Assembly: GCA_000708835.1 (NCBI GenBank)
Contig: DF237417.1
Coordinates: 1 to 64,000 of the forward strand
Direction of reading: 5' to 3'
DNA length: 64,000 nucleotides
Origin: Klebsormidium nitens
Taxonomy: Eukaryota > Plantae > Klebsormidiophyceae
Shown: piece after piece, positions 12,285-26,053 of the stretch
Layout: every line of letters starts with the position of its first letter
How positions within the stretch are numbered: the stretch's first letter is position 1
The notes under the pieces: generated by a model
Seen by the model: only the letters and a program-made list of their open reading frames with translations
The model's database searches: none
Told to the model about the DNA's origin: nothing
Position numbers and translations under genes: made by a program

Positions 12285-15200
12285 TCAACTCAGCATCGTG
12301 CCTTCCTTGAGCAACACAAACAGACCGCCCCCATCGCCCCGCGAGATCCTCAGATCCTCATCTAGGTACGTGGTCAGCAACCACGAATCCGAGTTCGCCC
12401 CGTTCCTGATCGGAAACTTGAGCGGCGGCTGTCCGGAGATCATACGTGCAACGCTGGCGGCCGCGTCTTGGAGGGGCTTGGTCAGCGTGTCCAGTGGGCT
12501 GATGTCCAACTGTTGGCCGAAGACGCCGAGCGCCTTGGGGAACTGGAAGCCGTCGTTGAAGTTGGGGGTGTTGATGGTGCCCTCCTCGAAGCGGATCTGC
12601 GTATGATAAAACAGTCTGCTGTTGTTACCCCTGTTTGGTACATGGGCGTAAAGTCCAGACTCCGATAATGCCAATCATTTTGAGTTTCTGTAGGACACAC
12701 TTCGCAGCCTGGATTTTGGAGGGCCTTCCGCCAGTGGTGTTGTCTTCGACAAAGCGAACTTGCAGGTAAAGGAGCTTCTCGAAAACAACCGTTGTCCGGG
12801 AGGCGTAAGACCCCTGTTTTAAGACCTCTGAGTACCAGAAGCTCGAATTCAGCTTGGCCCTGCAAATGGTGCTCCCACGAAGCGAGTCTGCACGGCAAGA
12901 AAGCTTTGATCTTTGAGAAAGCGAGATTTGTCGATTTCCGAGCTCTGCCCAGAAGAATGGTGGCGTCAGAAGGCGTCGTCAATTGAGTTGTGAAAATAGC
13001 TCTAGAAGGATTCGGGAGGCTTTCGACTCTCTGTTCAGCAGAAGTGCCAGGATTGTCCCCCTGAAGCCTGCTGCGAGGGTAGGAAGATCAACGATCCATT
13101 GAAGCGATGAGGACGAACGATCTTGGCATGGCGGCAGTTTGTCACTTGCCCTATACACAGTCCGAAGTAATTGCAAAAGAGTCAATCCAAGTAGGAACTA
13201 AATGATTTGTGTGCGACTCGCGAAGTTAAAAGCAGCCTAGTCAACCCACCTCTAGCACTTTCTATTCTACGTCTAAAGCTTGCGTACTTCTTCAGCTCTT
13301 CTTCGTCACTGCAGGCATTGCAAAACGACCTTCTATGTTGCCAGGTTAACCCAACATTCTGTCATAAGTCCCTCAAAGGCAAAGTACCCAAATTCAACCG
13401 CCAGTAGCAGTCACCTTGAATGTTGAAGTAAAAGAAGCTAACTCCAAGCAAGGGGAACTCTCTCTGTCCCAGCTTTTTGGTTTGGAATCGTAACAAAACG
13501 ATCAGACAGCTTACCTGAATCCTCTTCGGCGAGCGGACCTCGATCGCTGCGGTGACGCTAAACGAGTTGGAGCCCAGGGGTCCCTTGTACTGCACTGCGT
13601 TGGTGGCCGTGAATCCATACGTGTCAATGGACTGGGAGATCTCACCGACCTCGATTCCGGGCAGGTTGCTGGCGGCCAGGAGGGGGTACAGCTCCGAGAA
13701 GCTTGTGTAACTGCAAAAGGGAGGCCAGGAAGACTGCCTGTCAGTACAGGGTGATTTGGACTCAGCGGACTTTCTGCCCAAGGTCAACGCTTGCAGAGTG
13801 GCTTCGCAATGACTTCTCACATACAGCGAATTGCGTGGTCAGATGGGGTGTCAAGCTAGTTGCTAGAGTATGTAAAGTGCGATGATGCAGGCAGACAATG
13901 AAAATAATCTAAAAGAGAAGGACCTTTTGTTTGCAAGAGTGAATGAAGACCACCCTTAGGATGTCGAGCGCAATTCATTAGAAATTGGTTCAGTGCACTG
14001 ATAAGGCTTGTAATGCGAATTGACTCCCAGAGACCAGGAAAAACCTTGCTGCGAGGGGCAGAGTTGGAGGCGCAGCAGGAAACTCTATTGTGACAGCCAG
14101 CAAAATCATAGCGCGTGAAGCTTCCGGTGGCTGCCCCAGGCTAGCCTGGTAGTGCTTTTCAAAATTGCAGGGAACTATGCCGAGTTGCTACAACTTCAGT
14201 CTTGTTTGACCTTTGTGCTTTTGGCATGGCCCTGTCAGGAGGCGTGATGAGGCAAAAGATGGAGAGCGGGGGAGCCATTCGAGAAACAGCAGAAAGTCCC
14301 GCCAGGCAAAGCAAAAAAGCAACCAAAAAGAAAGGTGCACCACAAAGAGCAGAAAAAGATAGACTTGTCGATCGATAAATTTAGCAGCCGCTTAGCACAG
14401 TACAAAACTGCAAATGCAATCCTTTTGCATACCTGCATCATTCATCCAAGTAGCGAGTGGGTAGGCAAAGACGCTGCATAGATCACTATCAACCGTCTGA
14501 CAGTATCCTGCTTGAGAAAGACTCGACCTTGGGGTAACCGCACTTGATCCCAGTCGCAGCTAGTCCCAGTTCTTTCAGAACACTTCTCATCTGAAGAACG
14601 CTCTAAACTAAGAGACCCAAGAACTGCCAGATCTTGAAAGTTGCTCAAATCCTTGGCACAAATGTAACCAAACCAGCGCTGTCCAAGGATCATGCCACTG
14701 TCGCCACAGGGGTGGATCCACTGACTCGTAAGCTTGATAGATCCAACTGCTGCTGATATTTACTTGCAGTGGGATCTTGCTAATCAATAACAAGTCAGCA
14801 GAAAACGAGCACACCGCAGTATACCAACAAACAAGGAATGAATGGCAGGTGGTAAAGTGAAAACTTCTCTCACTCTCCCCTACCTCATGAATGGTTTTGC
14901 CCTCCACAGATGCCTCGATCTCTGGCGTTCATACCACCCCCAACGTCGCCACACAGAGATATCGGTCAACTCAACGGCGTCCACCGCCCAGAATCTGCGA
15001 AGGTATTGCTCTGAAAGAAAAGAGATTGTTACTCACGCCAGATTCCACTTTCCATTGAGGAGCTCCAGTTTCTCTGTCGGCGCAGGGTTCGGGTTGGCCG
15101 CCTCTAGTTGGCTAATGATCTCTGTGATCTCAGCCCTGGTCTCGCTGCTCGCTCTCAGACCCCTGTCTGTCCCGTACAACGTATCGACCAGCTGCTGTTT

Positions 15201-15605
15201 GAGATCCTTGGTGCTGAGCTCAGTGGGACCCTTGGTGACCTCACTCCCCTCGATCGGTTCCACGTCAGACGGCACTGTGTCTGCAGGAGGGAACTCATCT
15301 GCAACTACGATAGCGGTCTGACCAGGCTCAGCATTGGGGTCTGCAGGATCGTACGTGCCTGCATTTGGACCAACAGCTGCAAGGATGTTCAACGGTTGCC
15401 TTCCAAAATGTTTTTGCTGCACTTTTGTAATGTTCAGCTGCTTTCCGCTAAAAGCTTTGAAAGACGGAAGAGCACACTTGGACGAGGAGTGCAGAGGAAT
15501 GGCCGCGCGGATAGGAGCCTTGCTGATGTCAGTGCACGGGCATCCTGTGCTCCAGAGGCTGGCGTTCTTCAGGAGGTGCCCCTGCAAGCTTGCTGTGGCC
15601 GCCAT
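12285..15605 (-). CDS. FBN1: Plastid lipid-associated protein / fibrillin (FBN1/2 clade), 358 aa, with transit peptide
   Basis: Exons 15605-15037, 13710-13515, 12596-12285. Motifs [55 protein letters not shown] and [20 protein letters not shown] match the PAP_fibrillin family. Ser/Ala-rich N-terminus resembles a plastid transit peptide. Confidence 0.95.
12720..12890 (-). repeat. Two degenerate copies of the fibrillin exon-3 acceptor and 5' end
   Basis: Real cgcag|ATCCGCTTCGAGGAGGGCACCATC (12596). Copies ctgcaa|GTTCGCTTTGTCGAAGACAACACC (12759) and gtgcag|ACTCGCTTCGTGGGAGCACCATT (12887). Confidence 0.6.
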
Positions 15606-16362
15606 AATAAGCGCAGTGGTGAGACTGCTGGCCTCGTTCCCCTCTGCTTTTCTGCTTTCTTCTGCACTCGAATGCACCTTTCCAAGAGCAGATTGAAACG
15701 TTTGCTGCAAGAGAGATCTGGGTCGCTTCTTCCAGAAACCTTCTGCACAAGGGCTTCGTGAGACGGGGTTGACGTGGACTACTCTCAAAGCGTCCGATGA
15801 AGGACGGCGAGTGTTCCAACCGTCGATTGAGGATGCGAATTGCCGCCTTATGATACGAACTTGGTATTAGTAGGTAGTACCTAGCCTTTCGGTGCACCCG
15901 CTCTGCGCTAACATCGCAGGTCGATCTGAATTGTTCCAAGTTCAACGTCGGCAGGTTTAATAAAGCCATGCAATTGAGGCTGCCCGTGCAGGCTGTCATA
16001 CTACCTAATAGCCGCCAGTGATCCCCACCCTTCATACTGCGCTCAGCGCGTTTGCATGCTCCATGCGCGGCGAAGGTGCAGGCTAGCCTTCTTGTTGGCC
16101 TATCTTGTATCGACCCACAAACTAACATATACCGCAGATGGCTTAACAACTGACAGCCAGAGATTGTGTGAAACTTCGCATGGTAGGTATTGTGCATTTA
16201 CATGACACCTGCGAACGCCCGTGTGAGTGGGAAAGTCCATCATGATTGCTGGCACCATTGAGCGAAAAAAAGGTGCTTCCATTGTGCGTGCTTGAGGCAG
16301 GCTCTTGGCTTGAACAAGTCAGCAAAGAATCTATGTACAAAGGACATCTTCAATGTGGATCA

Positions 16363-19300
16363 TCAGCCTTTTAAAGAGTAACCCTTGCCGGAGAAAGCCG
16401 CAAAGCTGGACTTTTTCTCCTCGGGCTCCTTTGGTTTCTCGGGACCTTTTCCTTTGTCCGGTGCTTTCCCCTTGTCCGAAGCTGGGACCTGGATGTAGGA
16501 CAGGATAGAAAGGCTGAGTGATTCCCGCAAATCCCTTTCTGTGAAAACGGTGCCTGGATAACGAGGGCCCGACTAACGAATGACTCGGCAAGGTTGCACA
16601 GCACCTATCTCTGTAACGGCAATGCATAAACGCAAGAGCTTGCATGCATTTGTATCTCGAAATTCAAGCCTCTTGCCAACGCTATGTGTCCCGCATCAGG
16701 AGGAAAGCGAAGACCTTCGCCTATGCCACCTGTTGCCCAATGATAGGCGTCGTTGAAACACGTACTATAAACTCAGAACCGGAAAACAAAATCCAGCGAA
16801 AGCCGGGAGTAGGACTCCCTGCAATGCACCAAAACAACAAGATGGAAGGGCCTGCAGACCGCATTCGACCATCCATGTTTTCTTCCAACCTCCTACTATT
16901 TTGAGGAGGTTAATAATAATCCGCCCAATTATTCGAACCGTCCATAGTGTTATGTACTGACACGACACGTTCCTGCGGCTGTGCAATGAGGAGCTAAGAC
17001 CACCCGTATCGATCCTTAACCAGACACAGTACAAAGCTCACCTTTGGTGCAGCGGCGGCCCCTCCCGCCCCAAACACCAGCTTCCCCGACGCTCTTCTTG
17101 GCGCCTCCGCGGGAGCGGCCGCGGGCGCCGGGTTGGTCCCCGTTCGCGGAGGGGCTGATGAGGTTCCTGCTCGCGCCGCCGCCGCTGCCGCGGCTCCCGT
17201 CGAAGGAGACGGTGACGTTTTCGGGGCCTTCCCGTCGAGCCTCTTTCCGGAGCCGGTGAAGGGAGTGAACTTGGGCTCCTCTGGGGCGGGCTCCGGTTCG
17301 GCTCCTGAAGAGGAAACAAACAGATAAATCAGCGGATACGTTACACGGAAAGGAAAAGCAAGGAAAGGCCTTACCTTGGGATCCTTGAAGGCAGGCTCCA
17401 GATCGGCACCTGGGGCGCAAGAGGACTCGACGACAGCTCTTTCTGAGTGAAAGAGGTCTTGAACCCGACCCAAGAGCTGTTTTTCGGCTGTTGTCATCTG
17501 GAATGATTGCCCTCAACGTTTCCCTAATGAGCCCCGCATAATCAAGCTGGCAAGACCAAAAACAGCTCAAACGCTTTTGGCCAAAAGCTATTACCCGTCC
17601 TTTCGACGTTCCGTCCGGAAAGAAACATAGTGGCTTTCGTCACTACGGCTCACATGGGAGGTACGAAGCATACACCCACCTGCTTTCGGCGCGCCTGCCT
17701 TTGGCTCTGCCACCGGCGGGGCCGGGCGTGGAACTCGCTCTGGCTCCTTGTAATCCAGGGGCGCCGCAAAATCAACCTCGCAGTCGGTCTCGATGATGGA
17801 GATGGCGGGGCCGGGCTTGGCTTCGACGATGTTGATGTAATACTTCTTGTTGTTGTACGCCATCATGATGTTGTCGCCCGTCGTGAGGCACGAGAAGGAG
17901 CGCAGCGTCGTCTCCAGGCTGCATGCACGAGGTGGGGAATTGTTAGCTATTGAGGACTGACAGGAACCTTTCCTAAACCTTGATAGTCAGGTGGATAAAC
18001 ACTTGAAGAAGCGCCAGACAAACCTCCTCCAACGGGTGCTCACCATGCGCCGCACCATTAGCGATTCGGGCTGTCCACGACCAAGGCTGAACGTTTAGTA
18101 CATCAATGAAGACATCGCTACCAATGCCTCGAAAGAGGCCGGACTCTTCTCGGTCAAACGTAATGGATGTTCGAACTCACGGAAATCAACCACATCTACC
18201 GTCTGCAATATTGGACTGAGAAGGGTTTGCAGATCGAGTTCAGCACAAGCGTAGTAAAATCTTTGCAGAGACTTTTAAATAATTTTCGAGGATACAGCTC
18301 CCTTTCCACGTTATTGAGAATCTTCGAGCATCTCAAATAAGAGGAATTTCACCAGTCTGCTGCAACGAGACACACATTTCCACTAAGCGACAACTTCGTG
18401 CGAGCGGAATGGAAACATCTCCTGGTCTACTGGAAATCTGGATATAGGCCAACAGCTTTCAGAGCAGACGACGCTACTCACACAGCCTTCGGGTTGGAGA
18501 TATCGAGGAAGTCCGACGTGTGCGGCTGCAGCTTAACGTACGTCCCCTTGGGCAGCGTGGCGCTCTTAAGCCGCACCAGGTCTCCCTCCGACAGCAGCAG
18601 ATTTTGCATCATCTGTGGAGCAAGCAAGAGGAAAGGTTTAGGAACCATGTCCATTCAATAGAGGGGAGCTGTTTGCTTTCTAAGATAGTTGCGTCGAGAA
18701 CGGGAGAAACAAAGTCAACATTTTGTTGTTGCGGACTAACAATTTCAAAGGCGGAAAGGGATGCAAGATCAGTCCCTGGTTGATTGACGAAGACGAGCTT
18801 CATCTTTGCACATCAACCACAAGGAGTTTCACTTATCGAACAGCGAAACCTCGTGGTTGATACCCAAAATATCATCAGCACCAGCTTTCTCCTTTCAATC
18901 CTCAAAACCGACTACGAAAGAACGACCTGCGAAAATCGCTTCATATAACAAAGAACACGTGGTGTTTGTATCAAACCAGAAACCAAAGAGCTATGGCTCG
19001 ACACAAATTGAGGATCTCAGCTCACCCAGTATGGCATGTAGACAGCGCCCTCGTCTGCAATGAACTCCAGCACTCCGCAGTGTGACTTGTTGCCCTCAGC
19101 CGGGTTGGTCACCTCAAAAAGCATGGGGTAGTCGATGTGAAGGGACGCTGCAGCACACCAACATGGAGGTTACGAACGCTGTTATCTGACCAGACGAGCC
19201 TGGCAGGAAGAGGTGCCAGGTATCTCGAGATATTATCAGCCTACAGTATTGCTCAACTTTGGCGTAGGAAGGGGGCTTCATCGAGATTGCTACCAGCGTT

Positions 19301-20646
19301 TACATGTTGTCTCTCCTTGACTTTGAGGATTCTACCACATGCTCAACCAAGTAACACTTCACTGAAGTCAGATTTGCTCCATGGGTCATGGCCATCACAA
19401 AGCACGACAACAGAAAGCATCCAATCTCGTTGACCAATTTCAGCAAACGTAACCGGACTTGGACACGAATCAGCTCAGGATAAATAGAGAATTGGACAGA
19501 GACAAGACACAATTATTCTCATTGCTGGCACCGCCAGACTAGTAGTCAAGTCTTGTTTCCTCACCAAGCCGGTCAAGTGCTGAGGGAGGCATGATAACTG
19601 CAAAGGAAAAACGGAGGTAAGTATTTTCAAGAATCCCTTGGAAGACACTTCATCCGACTTGCTATATAAGCACACCGGCAAAAGTTTCATGTCAAAACAA
19701 CAATATCAAACGAGACCTTGACCTGTGCAACACTGCAACTCGGGAAATGTTTGTAGCTTTCAAAGGTCTTGCACGAGAGACTGGACAATTCGTGAAAACA
19801 GGTCGCTGCTCCTGCAACATGCAAAGCAACTCACTTTTGTCCCCACTCTCCAGGTGCGGCTGCAAGAAACAGGTGGTGGTATATCAGGTGACTAAGACCA
19901 ATGAGGATTTAGAGCAACTGCAATCCTCCAGCAGCTTTAAGGCGCATCTGAACAATTCAAACCGCAGCTCATATGAGGTGCTGCATCCATGCCCCCTGAT
20001 TGACGACCAGAGTGGCAAGTAAAGAACGAAACATTTCTTTTCAGAGGGTCATCATGTGACCCGTAATGCCTCAGCGACCAGATAACCCGTATGCCGTACC
20101 CTTGATTGCTAAACATGGGACCATATGAACAAACTTTTGGCAAAACGAGGACAGAGAATGTTGCGTTAGGGGCCGCCGTGGATCCACTCAGTTAGACGCT
20201 TTCTTTCAGGAGTCAATCTCGTTGAAGCGCTCACCTTGTCAATGAATGAGACAGGGTACACACGATAGCTCTGCTCGAATCTTTGCTGGCCCATGGGCCC
20301 TCCGAAAGGGAAACCCCCGCCCGGGCCGCCAAAGGGCCCACCACCATTATAACCAGGGAAAAACTGCATAAGATTCAGTGGTGTGCTGTTGTTTGCGGTA
20401 TCTTGTCGTGTGATCATGTTGTGCTGCACTCATCAGGACTCATGTGAGGAATTGTTTACGTCCTTCTGCAGTGCAAGCTTGCAACAGCAGCTGCTCCTCT
20501 CAAACCTCAGAGATGGTGACCAGAGCAAACAACAGTGCCACAGGAAATAACAAAAATGAGCGAGCAAATCATGATCGATATGAAGTCAAACACCGTGCAT
20601 ACTTGTTCCAGCTGCAAAAGATCCTTTAGGTCTATGCCCTCACCAT
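16363..20646 (-). CDS. UFD1: Ubiquitin fusion degradation protein 1 (p97/CDC48 cofactor), 356 aa
   Basis: Coding exons 20646-20644 (ATG only), 20363-20235, 19859-19835, 19597-19565, 19147-19026, 18612-18482, 17918-17680, 17304-17042, 16488-16363. Motifs [71 protein letters not shown], and SHP-type boxes FTGSGKRL and FSGKGYSL. Confidence 0.97.
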
Positions 20647-21199
20647 GATGACGTCCTACAAACACCTTCTCCTTCAATGGCAGGTCCACAATCAAGACGC
20701 AGCATGCACCAAGAATTCAAAGCCTATGCAATGATACTTCCGCTGCAACCTCCGTGAAGTCTCCTGGACTAACTCTAAGAGTGCGATCAACAACGCGCTT
20801 GCGATCCCAAGGTTTGCCTAGCTTTTGTCCTCCTTATCTCTCGTATGATCCGCTCTCGACTCAAGCGATGTGCAGCCTGTGCGTCGTTGTCTTGTCTTCA
20901 CTCCGAGTCCTGGGCCCTGGCAACTTTCTGCATGAGGAAAGCTGAGCCTGTAGGAAAGCGTGTAGTGGAGCCCAATTCTGGGTTTTGGTCGAGGTGGTCA
21001 GGTTCCGAAGAGGGAGCAAAACAAACAGAAACCCTTGCCGGATTTCTCGTAAGAGGCGTGTTCGAATGGAGACAGAGATTGACCAGTGGAAGCAGTGACA
21101 AACCAAGACAAACACAACGGTAAGGGTCAAAGGCAGGTTTACTTGAAGTTTTCGAGGAGGTTTGTTTTGCAGCGAAGAAGAAAGGCGCGCAAAGATCAG

Positions 21200-21495
21200 C
21201 GTCGAAACACTCGCAATTGGAGAAGCGAGAGAAGTGAAGGGAGGCTGTGGCAGCACGACGTACTGGCAGTCGTGGCTTCCCACTGTTGATCTTGTGGAAG
21301 AAAAAGCGGTTCACTGTGGAAGCGAGGGAGATTAGCGCGTTATTATCTAGCCGTTGACGACCAGTTAGCTTTGGAGGCAAGGTAGTCGGGCGTCGGATGT
21401 TTGTTTGAGGACCATTGGTTTGTACAGCAGCAGGAACGCAATTCTCAGAGAGCATCGCACCCGAGGCCCGGGCGAACAGAACAAGGGGGGTCGCC
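21200..21495. promoter_or_regulatory. Probable shared bidirectional promoter of UFD1 and SmB
   Basis: Short spacer between divergent genes. A UFD1 5'UTR exon appears to end at the donor caa|gtaaac near 21143, and the SmB ATG is at 21496. TSSs not visible. Confidence 0.45.
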
Positions 21496-24400
21496 ATGTC
21501 GATGTCAAAGAGCAGCAAGCTGCTGCACCACATAAATTACAGGATGCGGGTCACATTGCAGGACGGGCGGCAGCTGGTGGGAAAGTTCATGGCGTTTGAC
21601 AAGCACATGAACCTGGTGCTGGGGGATTGTGAAGAATTCAGAAAATTGCCTCAGAAGAAGGGCAAATCTGCAGAGGACAGGGAGGAGAGGAGGACGCTGG
21701 GGCTCTTGTTGCTTAGAGGAGAGGTAATTTTGCTGGCGCCTGATGGTTGCTGAATACGAATCAGTACCTTACTTGATCTGCTTGTTGTACAAGTGGCGGC
21801 GATGAAGAAGTTGCATGTGTGCAGTGTTTGCATCAATTCTCCTTGTTTGGTGAATCTATTTCATCTCTTTGACCTACCTCGTGAGTTTGCCGGAATGCGG
21901 TACTGATTGCGCTGCTTTTCTGCTCAACCATTACCATCGGTGGTACTACAAATTGGTGCATTGTGATCGTGCAAAGCACCTTCTTTAAACTGGTGCCTCT
22001 AGGTCCAACATCCAACACACTGTAGCTTCTTAAGCAGTCGCTAGAATGTAGCGCCAATCAGAAATGCAAGAGTAATGTGTCTGATTTTTTCAAAAGAAGT
22101 TGTTGGCAAGTCGGAAGATGGAGATTCTTGTCAAGTATGATGAATTGCTTGTTTTGACACCTTTTGGCCACCTTGCTCGTTAATCTGATTGGTTTGTGAG
22201 TCTGTTACTCTGCACTCATGTCTTACAGAGTATTTTTACATTTACGTATCTCATGGTTCTAGGGAGGAGATGGGAGAAGCATTGCCTGTTGTTGCTGAGC
22301 GTCACAGTGTGAGCATCAATTTTCTGAGTTCTGCCAAAATGAGGCTATCCTGGTCGCCCGCAGCTCGTATTTGTGTGATTTAGAAAGACCATCTTCTCAT
22401 TAGTTTTCTCAGCGCTCAAGTGTTGCTGTGCTCTGATGTGATCTGCAGGAAGTCGTGTCACTGACTGTAGAAGGCCCGCCGCCGCAAGAGGAGTCGCGAG
22501 CGAAGGCAATGGCCGCTTCCGGAGGTCCAGGAGTGGGTAGGGCGGCAGGTAAGCTCACAGATTGGTGACCCATCTTTATGGTAAATAGAGTACTCTGCGA
22601 CGCAGGTTCCTCCCAGTGAGCTTGAATGTCCCATTGCCTACATCATGCTGGCGTGGTCTATTTGCAGTTATCTTGGCCGCACTTGTTAACACTCCTTGGC
22701 ACTCTTACTCTCGAGAGCCCTCTGGACTGAAATCGAAGTTGGCTGATCGCTTACATTTTCGACAAGCACGATGGTATGCTTCCTTTTGCATGTGCATTTT
22801 CAGAGCAGGCTTGCCGTAGCCCTGAAGCAACCCCAATTCTCAAGCAAGAGCCACTCAACGCCACTTGCAAGGCTTCTATCTTTTTCAAAGCCTACTTTGG
22901 CTTCTCAGACCTCATTAAGCGCGCCCCTCTTACCCACGCCCCATTCTCGTCGCAGGCAGGGGTATTCCGACTGCCCCCCTGGGTCAAGCCGCGCCGGGTT
23001 TAGCGGGGCCAGTTCGTGGGGTGGGGGGCCCAGCGGCAGCAATGATGCAACCCCAGGGACGGGGGATTGCAGCAGCAGCAGCCCCAGTGTCATACGGAGC
23101 CCCCGGTCAGATGCCCCCCGGACAGAGGCCCCCAGGCACGATGCCGCCGCCGCCAGGGGTCGCTCCCGCCGCTGGTGTCTACCGTCCTCCGCCAGGTAAG
23201 CGAATTTGGTCCTTCGACAGTTTTGGTCCACTCCATGTTGCATTGCATCGGCTCATGGAGAGAGAGTGGTGTTTTATAACATCGTAAAGGTGGAGGACAT
23301 GGACCGTAGGTGAATGTTTAGCAACAAGGGAGAGCTGCGGTCAGCTTTGACACAGGTTTTTAGTTTTCATCCAGAGTGTACGAATAGGGTGGTCAAGGAC
23401 AGCTGAAGAGTTGCCTTGGGGCTTTGGGTTGCTAAGGCTTGAAAATGCAAAGCGTTTTGAAGAGCGGCATGCTTGTGCACCAGCCCATGCTAGCCCGTTT
23501 GCCTGGCCGAATCTGGACTTGAGTCGTGTTTGCAACCATAGCACCAGGGACGTCAAGACGAAGTCCGCTGATGAAAGAAAGTAGCCGCATGTCTGGAGAG
23601 TCTGTCTTTTCGCCTCTTGAAAAGTGGACAGCATTGTGGTTCCCTCGTATGTTGAATATGTCCTGAATATTACTACGACTTTTGAAGTCGCTGCTGTTTC
23701 AATGTTCGTTTTCCTGAGGGGTTTGAGGGACAGATTTTCTGGAGCACCTTAAGAGGAGCACATCAGATTTGCTGAGCAACTTAGACGTAGCGCAGTATGT
23801 GTTTCAAGGGCAGGGCTTCATATCATGCCCTGGCTTTGTAATTCTCAAAAAGGAACCGAGTAGGATTTGCAGCAAGTATCTTTGTCACAACCACGATCTG
23901 GGTATATCATTGCCTCATCATTCAAAGCCTACTTTCATGTCTGCTCGGCTTGGATCAGGCACTTTTACACTTTCGGCGGCAGGTTCGCGAAGCCTCTTCT
24001 TTTTCAAGATTCAGTCGTCCTCTTTACTTACATAGTCTTGGTTCTAGATCTCCGGATAAAGTCCCAAGAGTTTAAAGCCAGGCTTGACTTGAACTCAACT
24101 GGAGAACCATCCCAACAAAGTCTCCTTCCGGTTATCCAGGTGCTCCTCCTCCCGGCTATCGACCTCCCACAGGTGCTCCTCCCCCTGGCGCCCCCCCCGT
24201 TGGCTTCCGCCCCCCTCCTGGAGCCATGCCGCCAGGTACGATCAGAAAGATTGCAGCTCTGCCGTGGTTTTCCTTCTTGTATACCTGTTCAGCAGCGATT
24301 ACGAACACCTATGTGCATCTCTCTCGACAATCGACTTGCCGAGAACCTGCTCCTGTGATCGATGGTGGGGCAGTTGCATCATTCTTCTGGTTAGATGGCC

Positions 24401-24773
24401 AGCAACCAGACGGTGATTGTGCCACATACAGAAATCTCGGTGACATTCCTTCTGGTGCGTGGACTACAGCCAGTTGTGCACTGATTTGCTTGTCCTCTAT
24501 TGCGCCAGCCTTGTTTGCATCTTTCTTTATCCTTACTTGCTTTTGGCATTACTCACCCAAGAAGGTGCTTTCCGTCTTGTCACAGGTGTTCGTCCCGGGG
24601 GCCCGCCCCAAGCCCCTCCCGGTGCTTTCCGACCCCCCCAGGGCCCCCCCGGGCAGAGGCCCCAGTTTGCCCCGCCCCCGGGGGCTCGTCCTGGTGGACC
24701 TCCGCCCCCCGGATACAGGCCACCGTACCCCGGCCCCCCTCCTCCGGGCTGGAGACCGCCTCCCCAGCAATAG
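21496..24773 (+). CDS. SmB: Small nuclear ribonucleoprotein SmB/B', 283 aa
   Basis: Exons 21496-21723, 22449-22548, 22956-23195, 24140-24235, 24586-24773. Sm domain [50 protein letters not shown]...[19 protein letters not shown], then GRG motifs and a Pro/Gly-rich tail. Confidence 0.97.
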
Positions 24774-26053
24774 TTTGGTCATTTGCTGGGTCAGGTAGTT
24801 GTCAGCGCGTACAGGGTGGAGCTATAGTCGAAGGGGCCTGCTTAGGAAGGTGACAAAGGCGTTTCACGAGGTTGTGTGCAGAAGAAGCGTGCACGAGATC
24901 ATGAAGTGTCAACTGCAATGCGAAAATGATGATTACAGCTGCCGTTGCTCACTGTCGAACCAGTGCTGTGTCATGCATGACCGTATGCTCACTAAAGATT
25001 GCCTTTTGCATTTAGACCAAAAATAGTGCATGTAATTCTTACAGTACCCAAGCTGAAGCTACATGCCTGAGGGACCGGGGACACCTTGTGCATGAAGCAG
25101 ACCGGGCCAGATGCAAGCCATCATGGCTTGCCTAAACTTATCATGCAGGCCGGCCGGTGGCACGAAGTTTGGATCTTCATCTGTATCCATTGACCATGTG
25201 TGCCGCCACGCTGTTGTAGTACGCCATGGACATAAATTCCGATTGCGACTCACATGACGGATCAATCAAGCACTTGAGCTAGTTCTCCTGTCTACTAACG
25301 TACCAATCCATTATCTGCGAACATTTCCGATGACCATGGAATATTGCTTGCAGTCAGTCCACGCGCGCTTCACTCTTAAGCTGCATGCATGATATACCTG
25401 AAACTGCAGATCATAAGGCCAGGACACTCGGAATGAGTTAAGCGCGTTGATCAGCAGCAAGAGTACACTTCGTGGTTAAGCACACGTTGCGCGAGCGCAT
25501 GCACGTCCGAAGACGCTCGGTGCTCAGAGCGTACAAAAGCGACAATCTGTAGCTGCCAAGATCACTGTTTCAGGAAATAATTTGTCAGTGCTTCTTGTCT
25601 TTCTTAAGTGAGAAGCTTCGACCATCCTGACAGAGCAAGGCCAGGCCAGGTCGAGAGTAAAAATCTTGTGTCGACTTTCAATCGTCTCAGTGTCAATCTC
25701 ATAACATCAGGATTCGTTGAAATGCGTCACTCTGTCTAGTGTTTTTGTTTGACGACTCTGATCTTCAAGTTATTGCGTATCTTACACCATGCACGAGACA
25801 ACCGCGTTCCGGCTTTCAGAGACTTCGACAGAGGACGGAAGACGACGAAGCTCTCGACTTATAGCGCGCAGCAGCGCAAACTTAGAAAAATCTTCTTTGA
25901 AGCACGTTTTAGAGGCGCCTGTGGCTACTGCAAACGCGCGTTGGCGCTTCAGGAGAGCAGCTGTGGTATGATCAGCGAATCCTTCGGCGATTTTTTTCTG
26001 CTGAAGAGATCATAACCCAGGCTTTGCTAATCGCGTGACAGCCATCTCGCAAC

